From: Candidatus Latescibacterota bacterium
GTDB lineage: Bacteria > Latescibacterota > CBDEFO01
Assembly (NCBI GenBank): GCA_965248755.1
Contig: OZ252149.1
Coordinates: forward strand, 2,432,001 to 2,496,000
Direction: 5' to 3'
DNA: 64,000 nt
The notes under the pieces are model-generated. The model did no database searches, was not told the DNA's origin, and saw only the letters and a program-made list of their open reading frames with translations. Position numbers and translations under genes: made by a program. Numbering within the stretch: the stretch's first letter is position 1; the number at the start of each line of letters is the position of its first letter. This document shows positions 18,884 to 29,141 of the stretch, one piece after another.

Positions 18884-20362
18884 CGGCCATTACGGAAGAC
18901 ACTTAAGAGAAACTATTAGAGTGCTAAAACCCAGTATAGCGTAAGTAACCAGGGGGTGACAATATGCTGCACGAGACTCTATCAGATAGCTATTTAGATG
19001 AAGTCTTCGGGGATATATATCCGAAGGTGGAGACTTTGAAGGACGGTACTGAAGTTACGATAAAGTTATTGGAGAGCTGGGATAAGGAGGAACTTATGGA
19101 ATTCTTCCTCCAGATTCCGGCAAGGGACAGGATGTTACTGATGGACGATGTGACGGATGAGTCTGTCATTGACGGATGGTGCGCTAATGTAGATCTAAGT
19201 AGAGTTATCCCTTTAGTAGTAAAGCTTGAGAGGGAGATTATAGGGAAAGCTTCACTGCATCATCACAGGATGGGCTGGAGGAGGCACACGGGACAGGTTC
19301 GGACTGTAGTGCATCCTGACTACAGACGCCGAGGTGTAGCACGTCTGCTCTTGGGCGAGTTGACGGAAATAGCCATGCACACCGGCTTGGAAAGATTAAC
19401 CGCTGAGTGTATGGCGGAACAACATGGGGCCATTCAGATGTTCCTGGATATAGGCTTTACACAGGTGGCGATACTCCCCGACCAAGTTGTAGACTTGAAG
19501 GAGCATTCTCACGATCTGCTGATATTTGTAAACGATCTTAGGGAGGGACAGGTGGCGATACTCCCCGACCAAGTTGTAGACTTGAAGGAGCATTCTCACG
19601 ATCTGCTGATATTTGTAAACGATCTTAGGGAGGGAAGGGAATATCCCGAATTAGGTTAAAGTTGCAAATCTGTTCTTTGTATTATAAAGGAATGTCCATG
19701 TCTTGATGATGTGTTTAGTTTTGTAGGAAGTTTAATAAGGGAGTATACTGTTGTGTATCCGCCTTTCTGAAACCCACGCTGCCAATTACGTAAAGTCATC
19801 TTTTGTAGACGCTTGGCATCATCGAAAGGAGAAAGAAATGGTGAGACAGACACTACCTAATGGCTCACAGTCCATCTCTGACTTACTCAAGGACAGAGAG
19901 TTCGTCGACAAATTCTTCCACATAACAAGGGGATACACAAGGACTGATGATGAAGCAAGAGAGGTAACGCAAAAGGTTATCTGCTATGCGCTTCAGAAAA
20001 ACCTGGAAGAAATCCAGAATCTTGAAGCTTACCTTATAACAGCGTGTGTAAACAGAGCAAAGGACCTTAACCGTAACGATGGCAGATTTTGCGAACTGGA
20101 TGATAATATCGCTGACGATGAGGAGAGCCGCCCAGATCGGTTGCTTGAAAAAGATGAGCTGAAGTCGTTAGTTCAAGAGATTCTTCTGTCCCGTCTGAAA
20201 CCGAAAGAGGCAGAAGTCTTAACGCTACGATGTCGTGAACTTTCTTACCGAGAGATAGCTGAGGAGATGAAGGTGCCTGAAGGCACTGTAGCAACGTGGA
20301 TAGCCAGGGCTACGAAGAAATTTGAGAAGGAGGCTCTGAAAGCAGGTCTTAAGTATTATCTG
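18884..20362 (+). repeat. Duplicated block B (GNAT + ECF sigma), second copy 25584-27062
   Basis: Offset 6700 bp; no differences noticed by eye. Confidence 0.92.
18964..19659 (+). CDS. GNAT-family N-acetyltransferase with internal 29-aa tandem duplication
   Basis: VHPDYRRRGVARLLL acetyl-CoA motif; 87-bp repeat starting 19461 and 19548. Confidence 0.88.
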   Translation: MLHETLSDSYLDEVFGDIYPKVETLKDGTEVTIKLLESWDKEELMEFFLQIPARDRMLLMDDVTDESVIDGWCANVDLSRVIPLVVKLEREIIGKASLHHHRMGWRRHTGQVRTVVHPDYRRRGVARLLLGELTEIAMHTGLERLTAECMAEQHGAIQMFLDIGFTQVAILPDQVVDLKEHSHDLLIFVNDLREGQVAILPDQVVDLKEHSHDLLIFVNDLREGREYPELG

Positions 20363-20371
20363 ACTCTATGA
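19838..20371 (+). CDS. ECF sigma factor (divergent)
   Basis: EAYLITACVNRAKD; LSYREIAEEMKVPEGTVATWIARA; AAGGAG RBS. Confidence 0.85.
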   Translation: MVRQTLPNGSQSISDLLKDREFVDKFFHITRGYTRTDDEAREVTQKVICYALQKNLEEIQNLEAYLITACVNRAKDLNRNDGRFCELDDNIADDEESRPDRLLEKDELKSLVQEILLSRLKPKEAEVLTLRCRELSYREIAEEMKVPEGTVATWIARATKKFEKEALKAGLKYYLTL

Positions 20372-20497
20372 ATTACCCTGCTTAAATAGGTGATGAGATT
20401 CCATCTATCTTTAAAGAGCCCAGTATATGGGTCTTTTTGCGTTGGCTTTTTGTTTTTGTGCTATACAAACAGATCTTTTGGAGGAGGTGATAAGATA

Positions 20498-20761
20498 GTG
20501 TCTGTTAGAGCTTATGTGCTGATAGATGTGGCGGGCGACAGTGTGGAAGATGTCGTGGAGGAGCTCTCCGACATAGAAGGGATAAAATTTGTCGGCCCTA
20601 CAGAAGGACAGTTACGGGATCTTACTACCCTAATGGAATCTTTCGATATTATGGCTCATATTCAGGCAGATGACAGCAATGGCTTGGGAGAAGCGATTAC
20701 ATCCCAGGTGAGGAGCATTGCCGGTGTGACAAAGACGATAACGTGCATAGCAGTTGAATAA
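20498..20761 (+). CDS. Lrp/AsnC ligand-binding domain protein, copy 2
   Basis: Near-identical to 18156-18419. Confidence 0.8.
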   Translation: MSVRAYVLIDVAGDSVEDVVEELSDIEGIKFVGPTEGQLRDLTTLMESFDIMAHIQADDSNGLGEAITSQVRSIAGVTKTITCIAVE

Positions 20762-20808
20762 GAAGCAGTCATAGAATATTCATCTATTGTTAGAGAAAGG
20801 GACAAACC

Positions 20809-21171
20809 GTGAACGCGGATCTTAAAGATACTATTTGTGAGGAGATCACTAAATTTCAGGAATTACAGATGGGAATAGTCCCCAGGAAAGCAACTGTCAT
20901 GATAGAGGAGGATATGATCGTCGTCCATCTCAAAGAGATGCTCTCTCCTGCTGAAAACCATCTGGCCTTAAGCCAGAAGGGCCAATATCTCCTAATGGAG
21001 TTTAATGTGCTTCTTTTTGAGGGTCCCCGCCAATATCTGGAAGATGTGATCGTAGAGACTATGGGGCGCAAGGTTGTTGATGTTCAAACAGCGATTAGTC
21101 CCTTGACAGGCAGTATCGTCGCTCTTTTTATGTTAGGAGAGCCGGCGGAGATAGAAGTTTCCTGTGAGTAG
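20809..21171 (+). CDS. DUF2294 / MpsC-family protein, copy 2
   Basis: Near-identical to 18467-18829. Confidence 0.82.
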   Translation: MNADLKDTICEEITKFQELQMGIVPRKATVMIEEDMIVVHLKEMLSPAENHLALSQKGQYLLMEFNVLLFEGPRQYLEDVIVETMGRKVVDVQTAISPLTGSIVALFMLGEPAEIEVSCE

Positions 21172-21234
21172 ATCAGGAAGTTTCCACGGAACGTACCAAA
21201 ATCTCCTTTGATGATCGGGAAAGGAGGAAATACT

Positions 21235-21948
21235 ATGTGCGTAATTACCGTGTCCAGACAGCTTGGCAGTGAGGGCGATCTGATTGCTTGCCAGGTTGCC
21301 AAGTTGCTGGGATATGAATACATGAATAAAGAGTTACTAAGGTTGGTAGCTGTCCAGGCGGATGTGTCAGAATTTGAAGTTTCCCAGTACGATGAGAAGG
21401 GGGAGCACCCATTAGTACACTTCCTAAACAGGACAGTTATCCCCGGGGCATCGCGCCTCCCCAGGACCGCCGCCTACTACTATCTGGATTGGTATCCACA
21501 TGAGATGTCCTATGTATGGATGCTTAGCGACGAGGATCTGGAAGAGTTCCGCTCTCTGGATCGAGACGAATATTTGAGACTCATGCGTTCAGTTATACAT
21601 AGGCTGGCGGACAAGGGAGATGTGGTGATCCTCGGACGAGGTGGACAGGTGATTCTGGCGGATCGGAAAGATGCACTGCATATCAGAACTGTGGCTCCTT
21701 TGGAAAACCGCATAAGGAGAGTTATGGAAAGGATGGAGATAGAGTACGATTCGGCGGCCAAGTTGACTAAAAAGACAGATAGAGACAGATCCCGCTACAT
21801 CAAGAATTACTATTACGCTGACTGGGACGATCCGGAACTCTATCATCTGATTTTGGATACAGGAAAGATGGAGATTGATATGGCTGTCCACCTGGTAGTC
21901 CAGGCTGCGGAGGATTTGTCGGCAAAGATGGTTCTAAAAGCAACCTGA
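21235..21948 (+). CDS. Cytidylate kinase-like family protein
   Basis: VITVSRQLGSEG, VVILGRGGQ, DRDRSRYIKNYY, DPELYHLILDT; AGGAGG RBS. Confidence 0.88.
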   Translation: MCVITVSRQLGSEGDLIACQVAKLLGYEYMNKELLRLVAVQADVSEFEVSQYDEKGEHPLVHFLNRTVIPGASRLPRTAAYYYLDWYPHEMSYVWMLSDEDLEEFRSLDRDEYLRLMRSVIHRLADKGDVVILGRGGQVILADRKDALHIRTVAPLENRIRRVMERMEIEYDSAAKLTKKTDRDRSRYIKNYYYADWDDPELYHLILDTGKMEIDMAVHLVVQAAEDLSAKMVLKAT

Positions 21949-22633
21949 CTCGAGTTAAACGGGGGACCGTTCGCTCTGCAATCATTTAGATCAAGACTGT
22001 TGTTGTGCTGAGGAGTCAAAACATCAGGTTATAGAAGATTCGAAAGTGCATTCTATTCCTGTTCCTTGCACTCAGCACCGAACCCCAGGATCAGTCCCCG
22101 ATTGATCCTTTCGGGGATTAACTCGAAGGGAGTGATTAAGGGTGAAGACAATATTACTGGTGGATGACGACCTGAACCGGAGGCTCCGTAAACGCAGTGA
22201 ACATATATTCGCTGAAGCCAAGCAACAGCACGGTATGGGATGAGCCTGTTACAGAGGACTAGCCTCACTGAATGAACAGTTAAATCTTGTTGCAACGGTA
22301 CAGAATCTCAAGAAGCTTCTATCCTTCATAAGAAGGAGAAAAGCGTCTATATGTGCCCTGTCTGTCAGAGACAGTGCATCCTGTTCTTCAAACAGCTCCT
22401 ATTCCTTGCTGACCAGAACTCTGATGAGACTATTTTGCTTATTGCATAGCAAAACGATACGATATGCTACTGTTTGACCCATAATTGGCCTCTCAGACGC
22501 TGTCTGCAAGATAACTATTTCACACAGCTTTTAGTACTATAAACTATACAGGCAAACGATGGATGCCTTTCAATATCAAATTCTCAAGAAACTACTTCCG
22601 TGAATAACTACACTTTTTGGAGAAGACCCAAAC

Positions 22634-24634
22634 ATGGAAATACAGTTACTTAAAGACATCATAATTATATTTGGAATATCTATTGTTGTCATCTTTACAT
22701 GTGATCGAATTCGAGTGCCGGCAATGGTGGGATTTCTCCTGACTGGCATCTTGGCAGGGCCTCACGGACTGGGATTGATAAGATCGGTTCATGAAGTCGA
22801 CGTTTTAGCCGAACTTGGGGTTGTGTTGTTGCTCTTTACAATCGGCATCCAGTTCTCACTTAAAAGTCTGTTGGAAATTAAGAAATCGGTCCTCTTGGGC
22901 GGCTCGCTTCAGGTGTTGCTGACCCTTTTGGCTGTTTTTGTCATAGCAAGGCAAATCGGTCAGTCCTTCGGCGAATCGGTCTTTATGGGATTCCTTGTCT
23001 CCCTCAGCAGCACCGCCATTGTGCTCAAACTCATCCAGGAAAGGGCTGAAGTCGATAGCCCCTACGGACAAACAGCCCTTGCCATCTTGATCTTTCAGGA
23101 TATCATTATCGCTCCGATGATGTTGTTTACGCCTCTGCTGTCCGGAGCGACAGGTAATTTAGGCGGATCGGTTCTCGTTCTTATCGCCAAAGGAATCGGT
23201 ATCATAGTCTTAGTGATCGTTAGTGCTGAATGGATTGTGCCGAAGGTGTTGTATCAAATCGTCCGGACCAGAAGCCGGGAACTTTTCCTGTTTAGCATCT
23301 TTTTGATATGTTTTGCAGTTGTGTGGCTCACCTATAAGTTAGGACTTTCCCTTGGCTTGGGTGCGTTTTTGGCGGGCTTGATCGTTGCCGAATCTGAATA
23401 CAGTTATCAGGCTCTCAGTAATGTTTTACCCTTCCGAGATATCTTTACGAGCTTCTTTTTCGTCTCCATTGGTATGCTGTTGGATGTAGACTTTCTCTTC
23501 AAACAGCCGGAGTTCATCGCTCTTATTGCTTTAGGCGTTTTGGTATTAAAAACTATCATCGTTGGCTCTGTAGTTGTTTTATTGGGATTTCCGCTCCGCA
23601 CCGCGATTTTGGTTGGCTTTGCACTCGGTCAGTTCGGAGAATTTTCCTTCATCTTGTCCAAGGTCGGTGTTGAATATGGCTTACTTGCTGGGGATATTTA
23701 CCAGCTTTTTCTGGCTGTCTCTGTGATGACTATGGCGGCGACACCATTCATTATAGAGCTTGCGCCTCGAACAGCGGACATTATCTTGCGGCTACCACTG
23801 GCGAGAAGGTTAAAATCGGGCTTGTATTCCGAGGGAGTGATAGCACCGCTTCCCTCTGCTCACCCAAAAGGCCATCTTATCATCATCGGCTTTGGAGTGA
23901 ACGGTAGAAATTTGTCACGAGCCGCCAAGGTAGCAGGAATTCCCTATGTGATCATTGACATGAACCCCGATACGGTTAGGACCGAACGAGCAAAGGGTGA
24001 GCTGATCTATTACGGTGATGCAACTCAGGAGATGGTACTTCTGCACGCAGACATCAAAGACGCAAGGGTTGTGGCTGTGGCGATCTCCGACTCGGCCGCA
24101 ACCCGCAGAATTACCGAAATCTCCCGGAGAATTAACCCTGCGGTTCATATCATTGTGAGGACGCGCTATCTCAAAGAGATGAAGCCTCTATACGATTTGG
24201 GAGCGGACGAAGTCATCCCGGAGGAGTTTGAGACATCAGTGGAAATCTTTGCTCGAGTTTTGGCGAAATACCTTATACCCAGAGATGAAATTGAGAGACT
24301 CGTCGCTGAGGTGCGATTAGATGGTTACAAGATGTTTCGAAGCCTTTCTAGAGGATCGGCCTCTTTTTCCGATTTGAAACTTCGGCTCCCCGATATCGAA
24401 ATCAGTGCGTTCCAGATCGGTGAAAGATCGCCCTTAGTTGAAAAATCTTTGGCTCAGATTAAGCTTAGAAAGAAACATGAAGTTACCGTATTGGCAATAC
24501 GTCGAGACTCACAGATACTGTTCAGCCCGGACGGAGATGCGCAACTCTGTGCTAACGATGTTCTTTTTGTCCTTGGACCCCCAGATAAGATCTCCGGTGT
24601 CACGAGTCTCTTCCGAAATCCAGAAGAAGGATGA
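22634..24634 (+). CDS. CPA2 cation:proton antiporter (KefB/KefC-like) with TrkA-N and TrkA-C domains
   Basis: Multi-TM N-terminus, LSSTAIVLK, ILIFQD, IIIGFGVNGR, YGDAT. Confidence 0.92.
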   Translation: MEIQLLKDIIIIFGISIVVIFTCDRIRVPAMVGFLLTGILAGPHGLGLIRSVHEVDVLAELGVVLLLFTIGIQFSLKSLLEIKKSVLLGGSLQVLLTLLAVFVIARQIGQSFGESVFMGFLVSLSSTAIVLKLIQERAEVDSPYGQTALAILIFQDIIIAPMMLFTPLLSGATGNLGGSVLVLIAKGIGIIVLVIVSAEWIVPKVLYQIVRTRSRELFLFSIFLICFAVVWLTYKLGLSLGLGAFLAGLIVAESEYSYQALSNVLPFRDIFTSFFFVSIGMLLDVDFLFKQPEFIALIALGVLVLKTIIVGSVVVLLGFPLRTAILVGFALGQFGEFSFILSKVGVEYGLLAGDIYQLFLAVSVMTMAATPFIIELAPRTADIILRLPLARRLKSGLYSEGVIAPLPSAHPKGHLIIIGFGVNGRNLSRAAKVAGIPYVIIDMNPDTVRTERAKGELIYYGDATQEMVLLHADIKDARVVAVAISDSAATRRITEISRRINPAVHIIVRTRYLKEMKPLYDLGADEVIPEEFETSVEIFARVLAKYLIPRDEIERLVAEVRLDGYKMFRSLSRGSASFSDLKLRLPDIEISAFQIGERSPLVEKSLAQIKLRKKHEVTVLAIRRDSQILFSPDGDAQLCANDVLFVLGPPDKISGVTSLFRNPEEG

Positions 24635-24672
24635 GGCGTACACTGACACCTTTTACAGGATTCTCAAGAAGT

Positions 24673-24994
24673 GAGCAAGTACTATTCTTAGTTGAAATTG
24701 ATCAGGCTCCTGTCATAAGCTTATGCTGACAACGCTTCTTGAGAGTGATTCAATTCTCTCTGAATGGCTTGTCGTAGCAAGGGTAAATAGCGTGCTCCCT
24801 TCATCTTTTGCAATCGAGATTCAATATCCAGCAAAGCACTAGCTAACCAATCCCCGATAGAATCAATCGGGCACAGGCGCTGATGTGAATTCTTCCATAC
24901 TTTAACGTTTCTTGTCAGTTGAGCAACCTGACTGTTTATAGATTCGAGGCAGTTGGTGGTTCGGAAACTGCTGTTGAGATAGGGAAACAGACCT
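24673..24994 (-). mobile_element. IS256-family remnant (3' end of transposase and terminal repeat)
   Basis: SFRTTNCLESINSQVAQLTRNVK matches 48768-50012; end resembles 48721-48750. Confidence 0.85.
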
Positions 24995-25043
24995 GATCCC
25001 CGATTGATTCTTTCGGGGATCAACTCGAAGGGAGTGATTAAGG

Positions 25044-25400
25044 GTGAAGACCATATTGCTCGTGGATGACGACTTGAAACAGAGACTCCTCTACGAGCAG
25101 GGGCTCAGAGACGATGGCTACAACGTGATTCTGGCATCAGACGGAGAGGAAGCCCTCGATAAGGTTCAGGAAAGTCGGCCTGATCTTGTAGTCCTGGACA
25201 TATCGATGCCCGGAATGGACGGGCTAGAAGTACTGGAGAGGATACTCGAAAGGGACAACAAGATGCCGGTAATACTGAACACGTCCGATGCCAGCTACAA
25301 GGATAATTTTATGAGCTGGTCGGCCGACGCCTACGTCGTCAAATCCTCAGACCTGACCGAACTTAAGGAAGAGATCAAGAAATCGCTTGCAAAGGCGTAG
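25044..25400 (+). CDS. Single-domain response regulator (receiver)
   Basis: ILLVDDD, PDLVVLDISMPGMDG, ADAYVVK. Confidence 0.9.
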   Translation: MKTILLVDDDLKQRLLYEQGLRDDGYNVILASDGEEALDKVQESRPDLVVLDISMPGMDGLEVLERILERDNKMPVILNTSDASYKDNFMSWSADAYVVKSSDLTELKEEIKKSLAKA

Positions 25401-25663
25401 GTAGAAGAACATAAAAGAGTATCTATTAGAGCTGGATGCTCTCACGGAGAGAAGTGTGACAACCTTGACTATCCACTTCCCCGCAATTTACTCTGAATTG
25501 TAGGGTCAGCTTGAAAGATACCCTAACATGCTTCTAAACTTTCAAGCTGTGTAAATCTTAAATTTTGCTGGATCGGGAAAATTCGGCCATTACGGAAGAC
25601 ACTTAAGAGAAACTATTAGAGTGCTAAAACCCAGTATAGCGTAAGTAACCAGGGGGTGACAAT

Positions 25664-26359
25664 ATGCTGCACGAGACTCTATCAGATAGCTATTTAGATG
25701 AAGTCTTCGGGGATATATATCCGAAGGTGGAGACTTTGAAGGACGGTACTGAAGTTACGATAAAGTTATTGGAGAGCTGGGATAAGGAGGAACTTATGGA
25801 ATTCTTCCTCCAGATTCCGGCAAGGGACAGGATGTTACTGATGGACGATGTGACGGATGAGTCTGTCATTGACGGATGGTGCGCTAATGTAGATCTAAGT
25901 AGAGTTATCCCTTTAGTAGTAAAGCTTGAGAGGGAGATTATAGGGAAAGCTTCACTGCATCATCACAGGATGGGCTGGAGGAGGCACACGGGACAGGTTC
26001 GGACTGTAGTGCATCCTGACTACAGACGCCGAGGTGTAGCACGTCTGCTCTTGGGCGAGTTGACGGAAATAGCCATGCACACCGGCTTGGAAAGATTAAC
26101 CGCTGAGTGTATGGCGGAACAACATGGGGCCATTCAGATGTTCCTGGATATAGGCTTTACACAGGTGGCGATACTCCCCGACCAAGTTGTAGACTTGAAG
26201 GAGCATTCTCACGATCTGCTGATATTTGTAAACGATCTTAGGGAGGGACAGGTGGCGATACTCCCCGACCAAGTTGTAGACTTGAAGGAGCATTCTCACG
26301 ATCTGCTGATATTTGTAAACGATCTTAGGGAGGGAAGGGAATATCCCGAATTAGGTTAA
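25664..26359 (+). CDS. GNAT acetyltransferase, copy 2
   Basis: Identical translation to 18964-19659. Confidence 0.88.
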   Translation: MLHETLSDSYLDEVFGDIYPKVETLKDGTEVTIKLLESWDKEELMEFFLQIPARDRMLLMDDVTDESVIDGWCANVDLSRVIPLVVKLEREIIGKASLHHHRMGWRRHTGQVRTVVHPDYRRRGVARLLLGELTEIAMHTGLERLTAECMAEQHGAIQMFLDIGFTQVAILPDQVVDLKEHSHDLLIFVNDLREGQVAILPDQVVDLKEHSHDLLIFVNDLREGREYPELG

Positions 26360-26537
26360 AGTTGCAAATCTGTTCTTTGTATTATAAAGGAATGTCCATG
26401 TCTTGATGATGTGTTTAGTTTTGTAGGAAGTTTAATAAGGGAGTATACTGTTGTGTATCCGCCTTTCTGAAACCCACGCTGCCAATTACGTAAAGTCATC
26501 TTTTGTAGACGCTTGGCATCATCGAAAGGAGAAAGAA

Positions 26538-27065
26538 ATGGTGAGACAGACACTACCTAATGGCTCACAGTCCATCTCTGACTTACTCAAGGACAGAGAG
26601 TTCGTCGACAAATTCTTCCACATAACAAGGGGATACACAAGGACTGATGATGAAGCAAGAGAGGTAACGCAAAAGGTTATCTGCTATGCGCTTCAGAAAA
26701 ACCTGGAAGAAATCCAGAATCTTGAAGCTTACCTTATAACAGCGTGTGTAAACAGAGCAAAGGACCTTAACCGTAACGATGGCAGATTTTGCGAACTGGA
26801 TGATAATATCGCTGACGATGAGGAGAGCCGCCCAGATCGGTTGCTTGAAAAAGATGAGCTGAAGTCGTTAGTTCAAGAGATTCTTCTGTCCCGTCTGAAA
26901 CCGAAAGAGGCAGAAGTCTTAACGCTACGATGTCGTGAACTTTCTTACCGAGAGATAGCTGAGGAGATGAAGGTGCCTGAAGGCACTGTAGCAACGTGGA
27001 TAGCCAGGGCTACGAAGAAATTTGAGAAGGAGGCTCTGAAAGCAGGTCTTAAGTATTATCTGTAA
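26538..27065 (+). CDS. ECF sigma factor, copy 2
   Basis: Identical to 19838-20371 except the last two residues. Confidence 0.85.
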   Translation: MVRQTLPNGSQSISDLLKDREFVDKFFHITRGYTRTDDEAREVTQKVICYALQKNLEEIQNLEAYLITACVNRAKDLNRNDGRFCELDDNIADDEESRPDRLLEKDELKSLVQEILLSRLKPKEAEVLTLRCRELSYREIAEEMKVPEGTVATWIARATKKFEKEALKAGLKYYL

Positions 27066-27233
27066 CTCAACTAATATCCAAGACTTAGTACGGGGGTATT
27101 TATTTTCTGAATTTTTCTGAAAGAATTTAACGGTTTAATGTGACTATCTAAGTGAAGGCCCAATATATCAGGTAACAGCGTTGATGGTAATGACGCTTGA
27201 GGAAGTAGAGGTCTTCTCGTTGGACATTCCTGG

Positions 27234-28286
27234 TTCATAATCCGGAGGTAAGTAGTATGTCCAGTCCACCTGTTTACTGATGTGTCGTATTGTGAGTTTC
27301 GAAGACGACGATACGACACCTGATCAACTCAAGGTATTCTTCATCCTACGTTTAGGATTAGATTAGAAATCAGCTTGTAGGACTTGTAGGGTAGGATACC
27401 AGAATCGATGTCACCCAGGGTTATTCAGCAAGCAGTCCTGAACTTGAAGTAGCGCTACACTTGCCGCAGTGCTGAACTTGTTGGATCGCAACATCTGGGA
27501 AGACTGAATAACCCTGGGTAGTATGTCTTACAGATTAGGTGAACTGCTTTCATAATCTGGAGGTAAGCAGTATGTCCAGTCCACGTGTTTACTGATGTGT
27601 CGTATTGTGAGTTTCGAAGACGACGATACGACACCTGATCAACTCAAGGTATTCTTCACCCTACGTTTAGGATTAGATTAGAAATCAGCCTGTAGGGCTT
27701 GTAGTAGGGTAGGATACCAGAATCAATGTCATCCAGCGGTTATTCAACAACCAGTGCTGAACTTGAAGCAGTGCTACACTTGACGCGGTGATGAACTTGA
27801 GGCAGTGCTGAACTTGAAGCAGTGCTGAACTTGAAGCAGTGCTACACTTGCCGCGGTGCTGAACTTGAGGCAGTGCTGAACTTGTTGGATCGCAACATCT
27901 GAGAAGACTGAATAACCCTGGGTAGTATGTCTTACAGATTAGGTGAACTGCTTTCATAATCTGGAGGTAAGCAGTATGTCCAGTCCACGTGTTTACTGAT
28001 GTGTCGTATTGTGAGTTTCGAAGACGACGATACGACACCTGATCAACTCAAGGTATTCTTCACCCTACGTTTAGGATTAGATTAGAAATCAGCCTGTAGG
28101 GCTTGTAGTAGGGTAGGATACCAGAATCAATGTCATCCAGTGGTTATTCAACAACCAGTGCTGAACTTGAAGCAGTGCTACACTTGACGCGGTGATGAAC
28201 TTGAGGCAGTGCTGAACTTGTTGGATCGCAACATCTGAGAAGACTGAATAACCCTGGGTAGTATGTCTTACAGATTAGGTGAACTG
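27234..28286 (+). repeat. Three-unit structured tandem array (about 315, 404, 334 bp) with nested 17-bp repeats; candidate ncRNA array
   Basis: Units start at 27234, 27549, 27953; inner GCAGTGCTGAACTTGAA-type repeats number 3, 8 and 4. Confidence 0.9.
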
Positions 28287-28320
28287 GTAAACGGGTGTGA
28301 ACGGGAATGTCCGGTATAAT

Positions 28321-28354
28321 GAGCCCCCTGCGAAACGTAGGGGGCTCTTATTTT
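28321..28354 (+). terminator. Intrinsic terminator after the array
   Basis: GAGCCCCCTGCG-AAA-CGTAGGGGGCTC then TTATTTT. Confidence 0.8.
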
Positions 28355-28742
28355 GGATGCGATCAATAACACAAAGAATAACCTTACGAAGAAATACTAC
28401 TACGCTGTGAACAGTGTGAGGGGAAATTAAAAACAGGTCCAGCAGAAGATCAGGTTAAACCTTCTTTAACAAAAGCTCACAGAGTATTGAATACAAAGCC
28501 TGTCAGACATCAATGACGGGCTTTCCTTTTTGGGCATTTACAAGAGTGCTCACTTTAACCAAAGTGAGTAGTTTGCACTGGTTTTGAACCGAGAAAGTTT
28601 TATTGACATCCACTATTTTCTTTGTTATCTTCTTTAGAAAGTTTGTACAGTCTGTAGATAATCCCCACAAACCTTATGATAATTATGACTTAACAGCATA
28701 ATATTTTTGATATTACAGGTTTTCTCTTAATATTTCAGTGGG

Positions 28743-29141
28743 GTGTCTTCGATGCGTTCCAAATCCCGTATTCTGCTCTCGAGCGGGAGCACGAAGTATT
28801 GGATCACTGAAGTGGCAAAAGCGGGGATCGGGACCATTATCCGAGGTGGAGTGGCAATGGGTGAACCGGGTGTAGGCTCAGGCAGTGCCGAGCTTTGGCA
28901 GAAGTTTGACGAAGCGAAGATAGACGAATTACGTGAGGAAGGCGAAAGCCGCACAGCGTTCATGCTGCGTTTTACCCTTACACATCCCCAAATAGACACT
29001 ATCATTGTGGGCACGCAGCAACTCGAACACCTGCAGGGAAACACAAGAACTGTTCTGCGAGGTCCCCTACCTCCAGATGTTTATCTGGAAGCGAAGCGTC
29101 GCCTGGATGGTGTCAATTTGACATCGGCGGAGGTGTCATGA
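28743..29141 (+). pseudogene. Aldo/keto reductase C-terminal fragment
   Basis: LRFTLTHPQIDTIIVGTQQLEHLQGN; N-terminal half absent. Confidence 0.72.

Noticed and set aside
23811..23836. Hairpin inside the antiporter linker as another palindrome insertion
   Set aside because: Short imperfect stem, unrelated to the TCCCCGA motif, no empty-site comparison available
27685..28038. 117-aa minus-strand ORF across the array (and 27071-27319)
   Set aside because: The 17-bp period is not a multiple of 3, the frame is not kept between units, and RBS and terminator point to the plus strand
27433..28221. CRISPR array interpretation of the 17-bp repeats
   Set aside because: Repeats are contiguous with no unique spacers and there are no cas genes in the window
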